64,000 nucleotides of DNA from Tubiluchus corallicola (lineage: Eukaryota > Animalia > Priapulida), in NCBI GenBank assembly GCA_030141605.1, contig JAQGDQ010000116.1:538603-602602 (forward strand). The letters are read 5' to 3'. The translations under genes were made by a program, and so were the position numbers. Below are positions 26,077 to 37,700 of the stretch, in pieces; position 1 is the stretch's first letter, and each line of letters begins with the position of its first letter. A model generated the notes under the pieces. That model ran no database searches. It was given only the letters and a program-made list of their open reading frames with translations, and was not told the origin of the DNA.

Positions 26077-26775
26077 ATATTCATACATTGAACATTGATA
26101 CATTGACATCTTTGTTGCCATAGCAAAAGGCATGAAAGCTCATACTGGCTATAAGCAACCAGCTTATAAAATGTTTTGTAACTTTGACTAGCTCACTGTT
26201 TCTGAGCTGCCTGTATTATATAATTCAGGCGTGAGACATTTAAAATGTTTGAATATGTGATGCCCGCAATCTGAGTATTTTTGGAATATGCCGAGCTTTA
26301 CGGCTGTTAATTTCTAACGGTGTTCTGCTATTCTGTAAATGGAATTTATTTATTGCATGTTAGTTTTTAGCTCATTTTACAGGTAGTAAACCTAGAAAGG
26401 GTTTTGATGATCATTGTATGTAAAGTGGCATAATATTTATTGTGGGTAACGATAATTCCTTTGCATGTACAGATTTTTATATCACATCGTAATTGTTAAT
26501 TACCTAATCTTCAGTTATTTGTGTACTTATAAGTTAGCCTTGGCATTGAAAGACATTTTGCAAGTTGTAGAAATTCACATATCCGAGTACCATATTCAGA
26601 TTAATTTATTTTAGCAATTGAACAATTTTTGTACTGATATTTGCCCTGGTAGAAAACATTTTGACTATTTAAAATTATGAATTTCGCAAGTTTCTTTTAT
26701 TACTAGGACAAACCTAAACTTACTCAAGTTAGATTTAGAAGCAAAACATGACTGAAAAGAAATGTGGTAGAACTG

Positions 26776-26846
26776 GGACTAAGCCTGGATTTGAACTAGA
26801 AATTCTTGGTTGCAAGTCCAATGCCTTGCCACTAGGCCACACATCC
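26776..26846 (-). pseudogene. tRNA-derived sequence (SINE head or tRNA pseudogene, GCA-like anticodon)
   Basis: The minus strand reads ggatgtgTGGCCTAGTGGcaaggcattggacttGCAaccaagaatttctAGTTCAAATCCaggcttagtcc, with A-box and B-box but broken acceptor and T stems. A related B-box fragment ending in ccacattt lies at ~27910-27960. Confidence 0.65.
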
Positions 26847-28489
26847 ACTTATGATTAGAGCAGGTTTACTAATTTTACATTATAATAGTAATAATTATTA
26901 ACCAGTTAATTATTTTTATCAATTAATTAGTTATTTTTTAATTAATTTAGAGCCCAGGGTAAATTTACTGATGATTAATTACTGATTTGGTTAATTTATT
27001 TTTCAAGATTACAAAATAATCACATTCACAGATTATTCAAGTATGTAAGTCAACTGTAAAAAATATCTTTACTTTTGCAACACAATTAGCTAATCATCAC
27101 AGAGTCGATGAGTAAATTGACACTCGAAAATATTGCATTGATGGGGCATTAGGAATGAATTAAGGTTTGTCTTGCTCTCAAAGGGCTGTGTGATTTTGCT
27201 TTCAAGTGGTTCTGACATTTCTGACATTCAAGATTTCAAATTCATATCCAGGCTAAGCCTTGACTTTCATATTTTGAACAAGTTTTGTTTCAAAAGTTTT
27301 AATTAAGATTACAGAATAATATTTCTTATATTGTTAATACTTTCTAATTATAATACTTATAGAAAGAACGAAATACATGTACTTATTGTACTATAATTAT
27401 TATATAGATATCATCCAGTATCCATAGTGTTTACATAATTTGTGTGTATGTATAGATTATGAAATAAAGCTGCCTGCTATGTCTGCTCATTATAATTACA
27501 TGTATACTGTGATTTTACGCTTACTGCTTGCTTACTACTTATGGTAGCCCCTCGATTCGAGAACACTGAGCCTTTCTTCTGTAGTATAGGTATAAATCTA
27601 CAGCAGCAAATGTGGGCAATAGAATTGTCAGTAGAAAACCTCAGTTTGAATAGAAAAATAACCACTAAAACGGCCACAGAAAACAAGATTGCATAATCCA
27701 CAAGTATTTATTTGACTAATATAAGCCATGACACAATAACAATTATTAACTGTTATTTTTATCATAGCAACGGTGATTATAAAGGGCTTGTTAGAATACA
27801 AAAATTGGCACAAAGGAGACTGTTCAGAAAATTTTTCTGTAGTGATTGAATACTCATAATTGTTGAATTTTGAAACCAAATTTACTCCAAAATAGAACAT
27901 TTATATGAAAAATGTGGAATCACCCTAGATTTGAACCAAGCACTTCTTGAAAGTGAGATCTCTCTTATTCAAATCCAAACAGTTTTTTTTCTGAAATTTT
28001 CACATTTCCTGTGTTGGAGCAAATTTAGTTTCCAATTCAACAGTTGTTGATTTATTCCATCATTATTAATAATAATAATCTTGAAATAGTTTTGACTGCA
28101 AGAACTGGTATTTAACGGGGTAGCTACCATTAAATAGCCAAAACTTACTTTGGAATCATTATTACACAAGCTAAACAAAGTATTAAATTATAATTGTTAC
28201 TACATTTAAAATGAAAAAGATGCTGCCATTTGTAGTAGTTACTACATATTTACCAGTTTAAACAAATTATTTAAAATGAAGACAGAAATACCGTATTTAC
28301 AATTGCATTGCAATAATTGGTCTAGCATATAAAATACACTGAACATAAGTCACTTTTAAAATTAAATATAAAAACTGATTGTATTTTAGACAATGCAACG
28401 TAGTATTTCTCTGTAAGGGCATAAAAAATCAGTGAATCACAGTCTATATTAGAGGACAAAATAATAACAAAGCAGTATATGCAGCGACA

Positions 28490-29334
28490 CTATGAAGTTC
28501 AGTCTAGCTGACAATTTGTTTGACAGTTCATTTACTTAACATTGGTCCTCAGCTCATCACATAGAGGTGAAGGTGAAATCTTGTTTCTGAACATTTTCAT
28601 CCAAAACAATCTCAGGAGTAAATACAGTTCTTTTTGTGCTTACAGCGGAGCTTTTCCTGTTCAACGTTCACCGATAACATTTGAGTAAGCTGATTATTTC
28701 ATGGTTGATATAAGCTTCTTCATTATCCACTTCAGTATCCGTAAACTGAGTAATATGTAATCCACCAATATAACCCTGCCTCCTAAAATCATCAAAATAC
28801 CATTGTCAGAAAAACTGCATTATTGGAACTTTTGATTTGTTATTATACCTACAATAAAAATAAGTAAAACCGTAATAGCAATCATTTGCATTTAATTGAT
28901 GAATATACACAATAATAACGTGTACATAAATTTCTTCAAATGTTATAGTCTAACTTCTGACAGGATTAGCACATGAAACTACATTAAAAAATGCAGAGGT
29001 AACTCCTAATTGAAGCAACTATAATGATAATGAATTTTGTTAAAACACAATTTTATTCAAAGATATTATTCAAAAATCAGGCTGGCGAGGCAAATATAAA
29101 AAAGTAATTGTAAACTGTGTCTGTATAACACGAAGTGAAATTTGGTGGAAAAAACAGGCATCGACTTGCAGGTGGCTATGTACCCGTACAGTTTTCGTGA
29201 GGTTAGTACTACTGTAATTCGCAATATTATTGTTACAACTATAGCTTATGCATGAAATGTAGAATTCTGTTACCTATAGAAACACCTTGTTGACGCTTTT
29301 TTGAACATTTATAGGCAACGTAGTAGGTTGGCAT
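28490..29334 (-). pseudogene. Decayed THAP-like gene or transposon remnant
   Basis: The minus exon 29334-29274 encodes MPTYYVAYKCSKKRQQGVSI followed by a gtaaca donor, resembling the THAP start MPxxCxAxxC...GVS. A second spliceable segment from 28848 reads on in one frame for ~115 codons with several in-frame stops. Confidence 0.4.
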
Positions 29335-29769
29335 TAACTATTTTCTGTTTGTAGCAATTTCACTACACGGGATACTTTGTACACGCAATTAAAAACTTCA
29401 GACACACGCATAATAACTAACATAATAGCTTGCCCAAGTGAATTATTTTGTGATTTCATTGGAAATTGTATAAATCTCAGAAAAGTGTTTGATAAAGAAC
29501 TTAAACTGAAAAGTGATGAATAATGTTTAAAGAGACCCCATCACTATGTTCTTACTTGGAGGCTCATCCTTGGGGATGAGTGGGTTCAGCGTATTCACAG
29601 GTGCCCATTGTGCCCATCCATGATTTCTAAGAAAGAGAGTAGGGCAATGGAAAAAACTAATGGAGTACCTACTTAGAAGAGCGTGATGAGAAGATTGCAT
29701 GTGAGAAAACAGAGTGGAAAATTAATATGATTGCAGTAAAAGCAAATTACAGATTTTTAAGTTTTTAAA

Positions 29770-31010
29770 GATGATAGATAGATTCATTTGCTTGACTTGT
29801 ACAACACAATGTGAATCAAGACAAACAAAATTCAATTAGAATGGAGAAAGGGTGGCGAAAAACCAAACGGTTGTCGAATCAGCCACCCTTCTCATAGGAC
29901 ACTAAGAAATAATAACAGTGTCCGCTAACAGTGAACATTTTGATTGGGTAATTTGAGTGGAATGTGAAAAATTTATAAAAAAAATAAAACTGTGATGGTC
30001 ATGTAAAATAAAAATAATAAATTTAGTTAAATGTCAAGGCATGAGATTTGCATATAAGATTAAGCAAATTACCAGTCTAACAAAAGGTTGTAGTAACCTA
30101 ATAAGAAAAATAAATCACGACTAAGCAAAAATAAGTAAACGATTAATTTTACAATAATTAAATATACAGTTGCACATGCATTTGAAGATAAAATACTCAT
30201 ATAATTATGTAATAAAATGAGAGGGAGCAAATTATAAATATGCAACATATCTGTATGCATTTATCTTTTGCAAAATAAAGATAATAAAGAAATACACACA
30301 AAAAACATAAACAAAATTGGCAAAACTGAACAAAATAAGCAAATTTTTGAAGCGTACCTTAATGAAACATACACAGAAAAATATGTAAAGCAAAATCAAG
30401 TAAACAAAACTCAAAACAAATCAGGTAAAAATAAATGGCATATAAGGAATATATGCATAATCATGCATTTACCTTTTATCAGCTCCTGCTTGATGTACAG
30501 ATTCCTAACAAGAAATTTTGACTGTTTTCACTCTTCTGTATACTGTAAGGTAAAATCTGCAGGATGAAATATTAGATAAGAACAAAATTTAAATTGGGGG
30601 TAGAATCTAATGACCATAGACTTGATTGACTTAATGACTAATGCCTGTAGACTAGCCCAACAGAGAAAATAATAATTATAAATTTAAATATATTGTGTGG
30701 CTATACAATGTCTATTACTCCTCATAGGGGCTAGGAATGTTGTAGTTATCAATTAAAAGAGAGTAGTATTTCCGTTTCAAAGAATTTAACAACCCTGTAG
30801 TAATATCAGCAGGCAAAGTGTTCCATAGTGTAAGCCTTTGATATTTTAGAGATTTATGTCCTTTAGACGTATTAAATCTTTCAGTGAAGAGGGAACTACT
30901 AGTGGTAAATCTTGTACTGTAGCTGTGCATATGAGACATAGGGGTGTAATAATTTTTGAACAGGTTGGGCAGCAAATTATGTTTGAACTTGTGTACAAAC
31001 TTTAGTTAAA
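29770..31010 (-). mobile_element. CR1/L2-group LINE 3' fragment: ORF2 C-terminus, 3' UTR and terminal stem-loop
   Basis: The ORF end KFVHKFKHNLLPNLFKNYY...HSYSTR...LWNTLP...LKRKYY (30715-31000) is typical of CR1-group ORF2. It is followed by a T-rich UTR, the hairpin gagaaagggtggc...gccacccttctc (29844-29893) and a short tcta tail at ~29775. Confidence 0.75.
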
Positions 31011-31109
31011 CATTATTAGTTATTAGTTTGTTAAAAATTTTGCACAGAAACTGCAGTTAAATTGCACTAATTGTATGCTGTTTCAAACATTTTATTGACA
31101 AAGAACATA

Positions 31110-31209
31110 GGTGGCTGAATTAATCGAATCTATAATTTTAGGTTCGAATCGAGTTCGAACTAAAAAAAACTCGTTTGAATCGAATTCAAACGTTCGATTC
31201 TCACCCCTA
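31110..31209. mobile_element. Truncated hAT-like MITE end
   Basis: Clustered tcgaatc/gattcga repeats ending in ...ttctcaccccta. No clean partner end or TSD. Confidence 0.4.
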
Positions 31210-31289
31210 TTGACGACACATCTAAATATGTGGTCATGAAGTCAGACTGCTGTGCCACGCAGGCACGCATAGATAATAATATTACTAAT

Positions 31290-31420
31290 ATCCTACGTCA
31301 TCTGACTTTGAGTCACCATCATGAGGCTTTATTACATATTATTGTTAATACGTGTCGGGCATCCCTATGATGAGGTTTTGTGCCAATTAGGATGCGACAT
31401 GTGCAAAATGACGTCATTAA
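31290..31420 (+). promoter_or_regulatory. Fos upstream region with CRE and AP-1 sites
   Basis: CRE-like TACGTCA (~31294), perfect AP-1 TGAGTCA (31309-31315), CCAAT (~31383) and perfect CRE TGACGTCA (31409-31416), all 330-450 nt upstream of the ATG. Confidence 0.65.
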
Positions 31421-31747
31421 TGTGTTTTCAGCATTGTGATTTTTGCTGAATGGCAGTACTTAGTTTAGTCCGAATGTAAAACTGAGTTTTCATTCTCAAT
31501 GTTTTTTATAAATTCGATTTCTTGCTGGTGCTGTCCCAGAAAAATAGCGATTTCTATATACAGTGTTTTGCGAATTTGATTTTGTCTAAATGGCTTATAT
31601 AGAATTTCGCATCATTCTCATATCCATTCTCTGAGTTTAACAATCAATGAAGCATGATGATTATGATCATGTTGATTATCAGGAAAGACATTGATTTTTT
31701 GTATCAAACCTGTAAAGTTAACAAGGAGATTGAGAAAGCAGCTCGAT

Positions 31748-34700
31748 ATGGAACAAGTAGTTGATCCATCAAATTCATCGTATTCAGCTTCGTCGGTGAG
31801 TGGAATTTGTATCTGGAATAAATCCGAATAATTGCTACCAGATATGTACTCATTGTTCGTGCTTTTTCGGTTTGCCTGTATTATAATAGTATATTACTAT
31901 ATATCGTTTTATATTGTAGCAACTAGTAATAGCCACAACGTAATAATATATCAAGAAATACAATGTGATAAGCAATACGGATGGGTGTATGAAATAAAAC
32001 TTTTATAAAAAAATATAACATAGATTTGGATTTTGACCAAGTATTACATTTAAAAAGTCAGAATGAAAAAGAGAAGTAAAAACAAAAAGTTAAACAATGT
32101 AAAAGGTGCTTGTAAAGAAAAAAACAGCTACTAGCACCAAATTACGACTACAAAAACACACACAATGGGAATGCAAGGAATACATTAAACAAGGAAATTT
32201 GACCAAAGTGACACAAATTTTTAATATATATCTAAACATGGTCCATCTAAAATGTAGGTATAAGAATAAATATAAACAAGGCTCGAAATATCCGACATGC
32301 AACATGTGTGACGACATGAAAAAACACTTACTTGAATGTGAAAACATTAGAGACTGGTCTAATAATGAATCAGCTGTGTCTATTAAAGATGTGGGGAGTG
32401 ATGATATACAGTGACTGTACAAGATGTGCAACTATGTTGAAATATGCTTAAAAAAATTGTAACAACCTGATATAGTGAACAGCTGACACTGCAGTCGGAA
32501 ATGTTTGCTTGGTCGTGAAGATAAAGCAGGTCGTGAGGAAGCACAGGAATGTCAACAAGCACAAGTTTGTGAGGCTGAGACACTTAGGTGGGGCCTAGCG
32601 TGCACTGCTGATCAGTCTATTAAATATTATTTAAATTTGTTTAGTTTAATAGACTGATCGGCAACACACAGTCCACTGTTATACAGTTGGATATGTACAT
32701 ACTTTTAAAACTAACAAGGAAGATTTGGTCACATCTATAAAAACTTCATTGAAGCTTGGAATTTTGCATGGTTGTTATGGTACTTCTATCCTTTCTTTGT
32801 TATTGGAGGGCTCACAATAGTCTTATTGCCAAGTGACTACTGCCACAGTTACATTCGGGTGGCACAGAAAAAACTTGCTGAAGTTTAGACTATGATGATG
32901 TTAAAAGCAACTACCCTGCAAAGTTGAAATACCAACTGTGTCTAGATGAAATGAGAATATGAGACAAAAAAAATGAGGTGCAACAATTTGAACTCTAAAT
33001 GTTCAAAGAAGGACTTTTGTTTTATTTTTACTGATGAAAAGAGCTTTACACTAGAGGTAGTGAGCAACAGAAAGAATGATTGTATATGCAGAAAAAAAAG
33101 ATGTTCGCGATGGTCTAATGTCTGAGACTCATCTATTTTTCAGCTATGAAATTGTGTGGTCAAAAATTCTGGACACTTGCTGAAAGTAATAGTGAAACAC
33201 AGAATTTTTTCCTGCACTTACTTTTTTACTTAGAAATTGTTTTAAAATTTCTGTATCTTTGGAAAGATCTATGGGACTGACCTAAAATTTTTGGTGCTAT
33301 AACATAAGCATCCATAACATCAGCACAGTAATTTTCAATTGATTACATTATTTTATAATATATTCTTTGCAGCATTGGATATAAATATCTTTTGCTATAA
33401 AAATTTACCTATAAATGAGATTCTGAAGATCTGATGTCATACTTTTAGATTTACAGTGTAAATTTTCTCTTTGAATATTCAGACATTAATACCTGTGGCA
33501 ACATATGGATCCAATACAACTCCGACTTTAACTCCAACAACACTTGCAAACATTGAGCAATCTTTTGTTGAATTAACTACTGTGCCAGTTACTTCTCAGT
33601 CTGGAGTTCTTCCCAACCAGGTAAAATTTAAAAATTTGAAAAAATGCCAAGGATCTTTAATAAGTTGTCTATCTTTGTTGAATGTTGCGACTTAATTGCA
33701 GCTAGCTTTTAAAGTTGAGTATTTTCCGTGAAGCGGCTGTCAAAATTTTTATTTTAAATAGTTAAGCAAATAAGTAGACAAACATGATTTTCCTATTGCA
33801 AACATGTTTGAAATATTTTTTGATACAGCAGCAGTTGAGCACTATTTCATTCTATAAAACTCAAAGAATCGCTGTCACTTCAAATTCTTAGTCGCTTTTA
33901 ATGATCAGATTTTCCAATTTTTACAATTATGTCATTGAAGAGTACTATCCACAACTTGAAATTATGCACTAATTTGATATAGCCAAAAGCTAGGAACATG
34001 GAATTGTTCAAAAAATACTTGGACACACTGATGTTGACCAATATGCAGTGTGTAAGTGACAGCAGCAGCAGTATAATATTTTGAAGAGTGCAATTACAAA
34101 CCTATTTTTTTAGAAAGTCATGATAAGGCATACTATAATTTTTTTTGAAAATTGCTACTACAAATATGTGCTTCTTGTGGCACTTAATAAACCTACCTAC
34201 ACTTTATAATTTTTCTTCATTTAACAAATTCTACTCCAGGTTGCATAATTTCCAAGTATGTGGTGTGAACTTCTTGAATTTTATTGTGATGTTTTCAGTA
34301 AAAAACAGTTATTTTTTAAATATTAACAAAACCAGTTTTGAACAGCAGAGCACTGTCAACCCTGCTTGTAATTTTGAATGATGTGTTTTAGGTTTGTGTT
34401 AAAACCATTTGTATAACTGCTTTTTTGTCTGTTATCCATAATACTGTAGGCATTCTATATTTAGGCTGGTTTTGTGCCACCTGTAATTGACTCTACAAGT
34501 GCGACATCTAGTGACATGTCACGTGACTCGTTCCATTCTGAGGACGACATACGATGGTCACTGTCTGCGCCAATCATGAGTACTTGTCCATCTCAAAATC
34601 AAACCACCAATGCCACGACAACGACGTCTGTTGCTGAAATTGTTTCGATAACACCCAGGAGAACTGGTGGTCGCAGAGTTAAACAACAAAATGTGAGTCC

Positions 34701-37700
34701 CCATAATCAGAAAAATGGGTAATTTCACCGTGTCGGACATATATTTCGGATGCTGCTTCTTTGATGGCTGTTTTTACATGTAAATAATGATAATTAAGTA
34801 ATTGTAGGTCTTGTAATTTGGGTTGTAATTTGTGAAATGATTTTAGAAAATGTCATGGTGTCGGACGTACGCAGAAAACATATATTTCTAAGACTAGCTT
34901 GAATAAAATTCAAAATTCTGTAATGTATGGGAATTATGTGAAATTATTGCAAGTAATTTTACTAGTTACACGCGATGCTTATAATCATACTTGTATTACT
35001 AATTAACATTATTTGCAAATATTGAAATAAGCATAACTTGCCAGAATGCTTTACCTTTCTTTAAGGTCTGGTGTCCCATAGTGCAACTCTGTTTCATCAA
35101 TAATAGTGCTGTCTGTGGGTCAATGTGCACTAGTTTGGTGTCGGATGTACACATTGTCGGATGTACATTATAATCAGTGGCATTTCTAGTACACCATTAT
35201 CGCCTAATGTCATGTATCAACGTGTGTGTGCTGCAAGTATGCATTGTATTTTAAACTGTAGGTACTGGGATCAAATCGCATTGTTGTGAGAACAATAAAT
35301 GTTAATTTTTGGTGTCAGATGTATCACAATCATATGGTCTGGTATCCTTAAGTAGCATACAGGAAAACTTCCAAGGCAACACTTTACATCACACTGAAAA
35401 GTCTATATAGTGGACTTAAAGAACTAGTGTGGAGAATGATTTCAGACTGTTTTTACAGGAAAGTATGAAAAAGCAAAATCAGCATCAAATTTGCGTGTCT
35501 TATGTGCAGCTTATGAGCTGGTATATCCAAGGACATATTTCAATATAAAAGTGTTTATTTTGTATCGAAAGTGTTTTTCTTCAAAACTAGGTGACATTAT
35601 CTGTGTAATTGTTACACAAACAACATTGTAGAATAATTTCAAAATTTTGGTGTATGGATTGAGATATTGTTGAATTGCGTTAATGTAAATTTTGTTTCGT
35701 AGCTTAACATACCAGATGGCTATAAAAAGTAGTTAACAAGATTCAAGTCGCATCTCTGTAAGTAATGTTAACTCTTTGCTAAGCTGGATACCTTTTTAAG
35801 TTGCACAGTGCTTGAAAACAGATTTGAATTTATACCTTTTATTACTTGGAACCTCAGACTTGGATGTGCCAGTATTCTAGCTGCCGTAATTGCATTTGTA
35901 GTAAAATATAATTATTGTTTGTGTTCATAAATTTGCATTTTTTTAGTTGACAAAAAACGTCCTACATTTATTTAGTTAACACCTGAAGAAGAAGAAAGAA
36001 GACGATTACGCAGAGAACGAAACAAATTGGCTGCAGCAAAGTGTAGGAAGAGGCGTTTGGACAGAACTAATACTCTCTTGGGTGTATTTATTTTGTTAAT
36101 TCTCATTTCTTGTATGTGCTTTAATAATAAATATGGCAGGGTGGTACGACTGGTACTATTGTCATATTTTTTGTTACTGTATGATGTTTATGCATAAATT
36201 TTATGCAATATGCTTTTCACGATAGACGATTATATTATGAATGCAAAATACTGTCATTTCGTGACATGTTTTGTAAAAGTAGAACTTATGTTGGTAAAGG
36301 GAATTATTTTTACAATTGTAGACTCATTCTCTTTTTATCACTCACTGTCAGGCTGGCAATTGCATGGCAAAATTTGGAAAGTGAGAGTAAAATTCAGTGA
36401 AGTTGCATTATCTTAGACAAAATGTTTATCCCAAGGAATGCTTACTTTGTGTGCATGCAAAGACTTTAATGAAGAGAGGTAGATTTCATGTTTATTAAAG
36501 TCAAATAAGTTAGTATCTTTTGATTGTTTTCGTTCTTGGCCCATTGAAAAAGGTGACTGTATAAAAGCTCTGGTCTTTCAGAAGTTCTTCCACAATGCGC
36601 TGGTCAGCTATTGAACTGATGATCATTCACTTTGAATTACTACTAATTTTTAGTGTGGTTTTAGTACTAATTACTGCACCTCGCTAATGGATACTTAAGA
36701 GGCTAATCCTCAGCGTGTCAGTGAGAATTATAGCTTTATACGTGAAAACTTGATAACTTTAAAAATTAATTTTATAAAGTAGTGTTACTGAAGCAGACCC
36801 GACTAAAGTCAAATTATTAAGTTTCTGATTTCACAAAAATTGTTTGAGCTAATAGTATAAAAAATTGTGCCCACTACTTCAAGCTAATAATGATTCTAAT
36901 AGTGGTAGTGATCAGTTGCACTAATGCTCACTGTATCTACAGAAATTTTTAAGAAGCAACAATCCAGTCACAGGAACAGTCAAGAAGAGACAAATTTGCA
37001 AATTTTTGAAAGTTCCATGTTTAAAAGTTTTTTTTATTTTGGAGGATTCTTGTTTAGCAAAGTGAAGATATGTAACATTCGCTATAGTTTTATTAGGACA
37101 TAAATGCACAAAAGGTTAAAAAGTTTTATTACAAAAGCGCATCTCCAATTATGGAAAATGTCTCTTTGATGTTACCCTTTTATCTAAGTTTTACTCATGT
37201 TAGTTGGGCAAAAAGATTCTGGATCTACATCCAACTCTGCTGTCTGGTCACTGTCCAGCATACCAATCTGTTCTGTCCATTACTTACTGCTAGTAACTAT
37301 CAGTTAGTGCATGCTCATTTTTTCATCTGTCAGTCATTATTGTGCATTGTTTGATGTTCTTGTGTTTTACTCATTTACTGTCCTTTGCTTTTGGTCACTA
37401 TTGTATTATTGTCAATTTGAAAGATAGGTTCATGGATTAGTGTTGCAGCAGATTTTAGGATTTTTGTTGTTTCAGGAAACTGAAGTTTTAGAAGAAGAGA
37501 AACAGAAGATTGAGAATGAGATTACACAACTGCAATGTCAAAAAGAACAACTAGAATGCATATTGAGGTCACACTTGCCGATGTGCAAGAAGAAAATCAG
37601 CACTTCAGTGCAAAATGCACTGCTGAGTGCAAAGTGCACTGCAAAGAAAGAAGTCGTGCAGGTAACTGAGTTGAATTTTTTTGTATTGGTTTTCTCCTTA

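Noticed and set aside
26776-26846. Functional tRNA-Cys gene
   Set aside because: The acceptor, anticodon and T stems are disrupted, so it is reported as tRNA-derived only.
27423-29548. P-element-like boundaries (CATAGTG...CACTATG) around the THAP relic
   Set aside because: Only 7 bp match and there is no target-site duplication.
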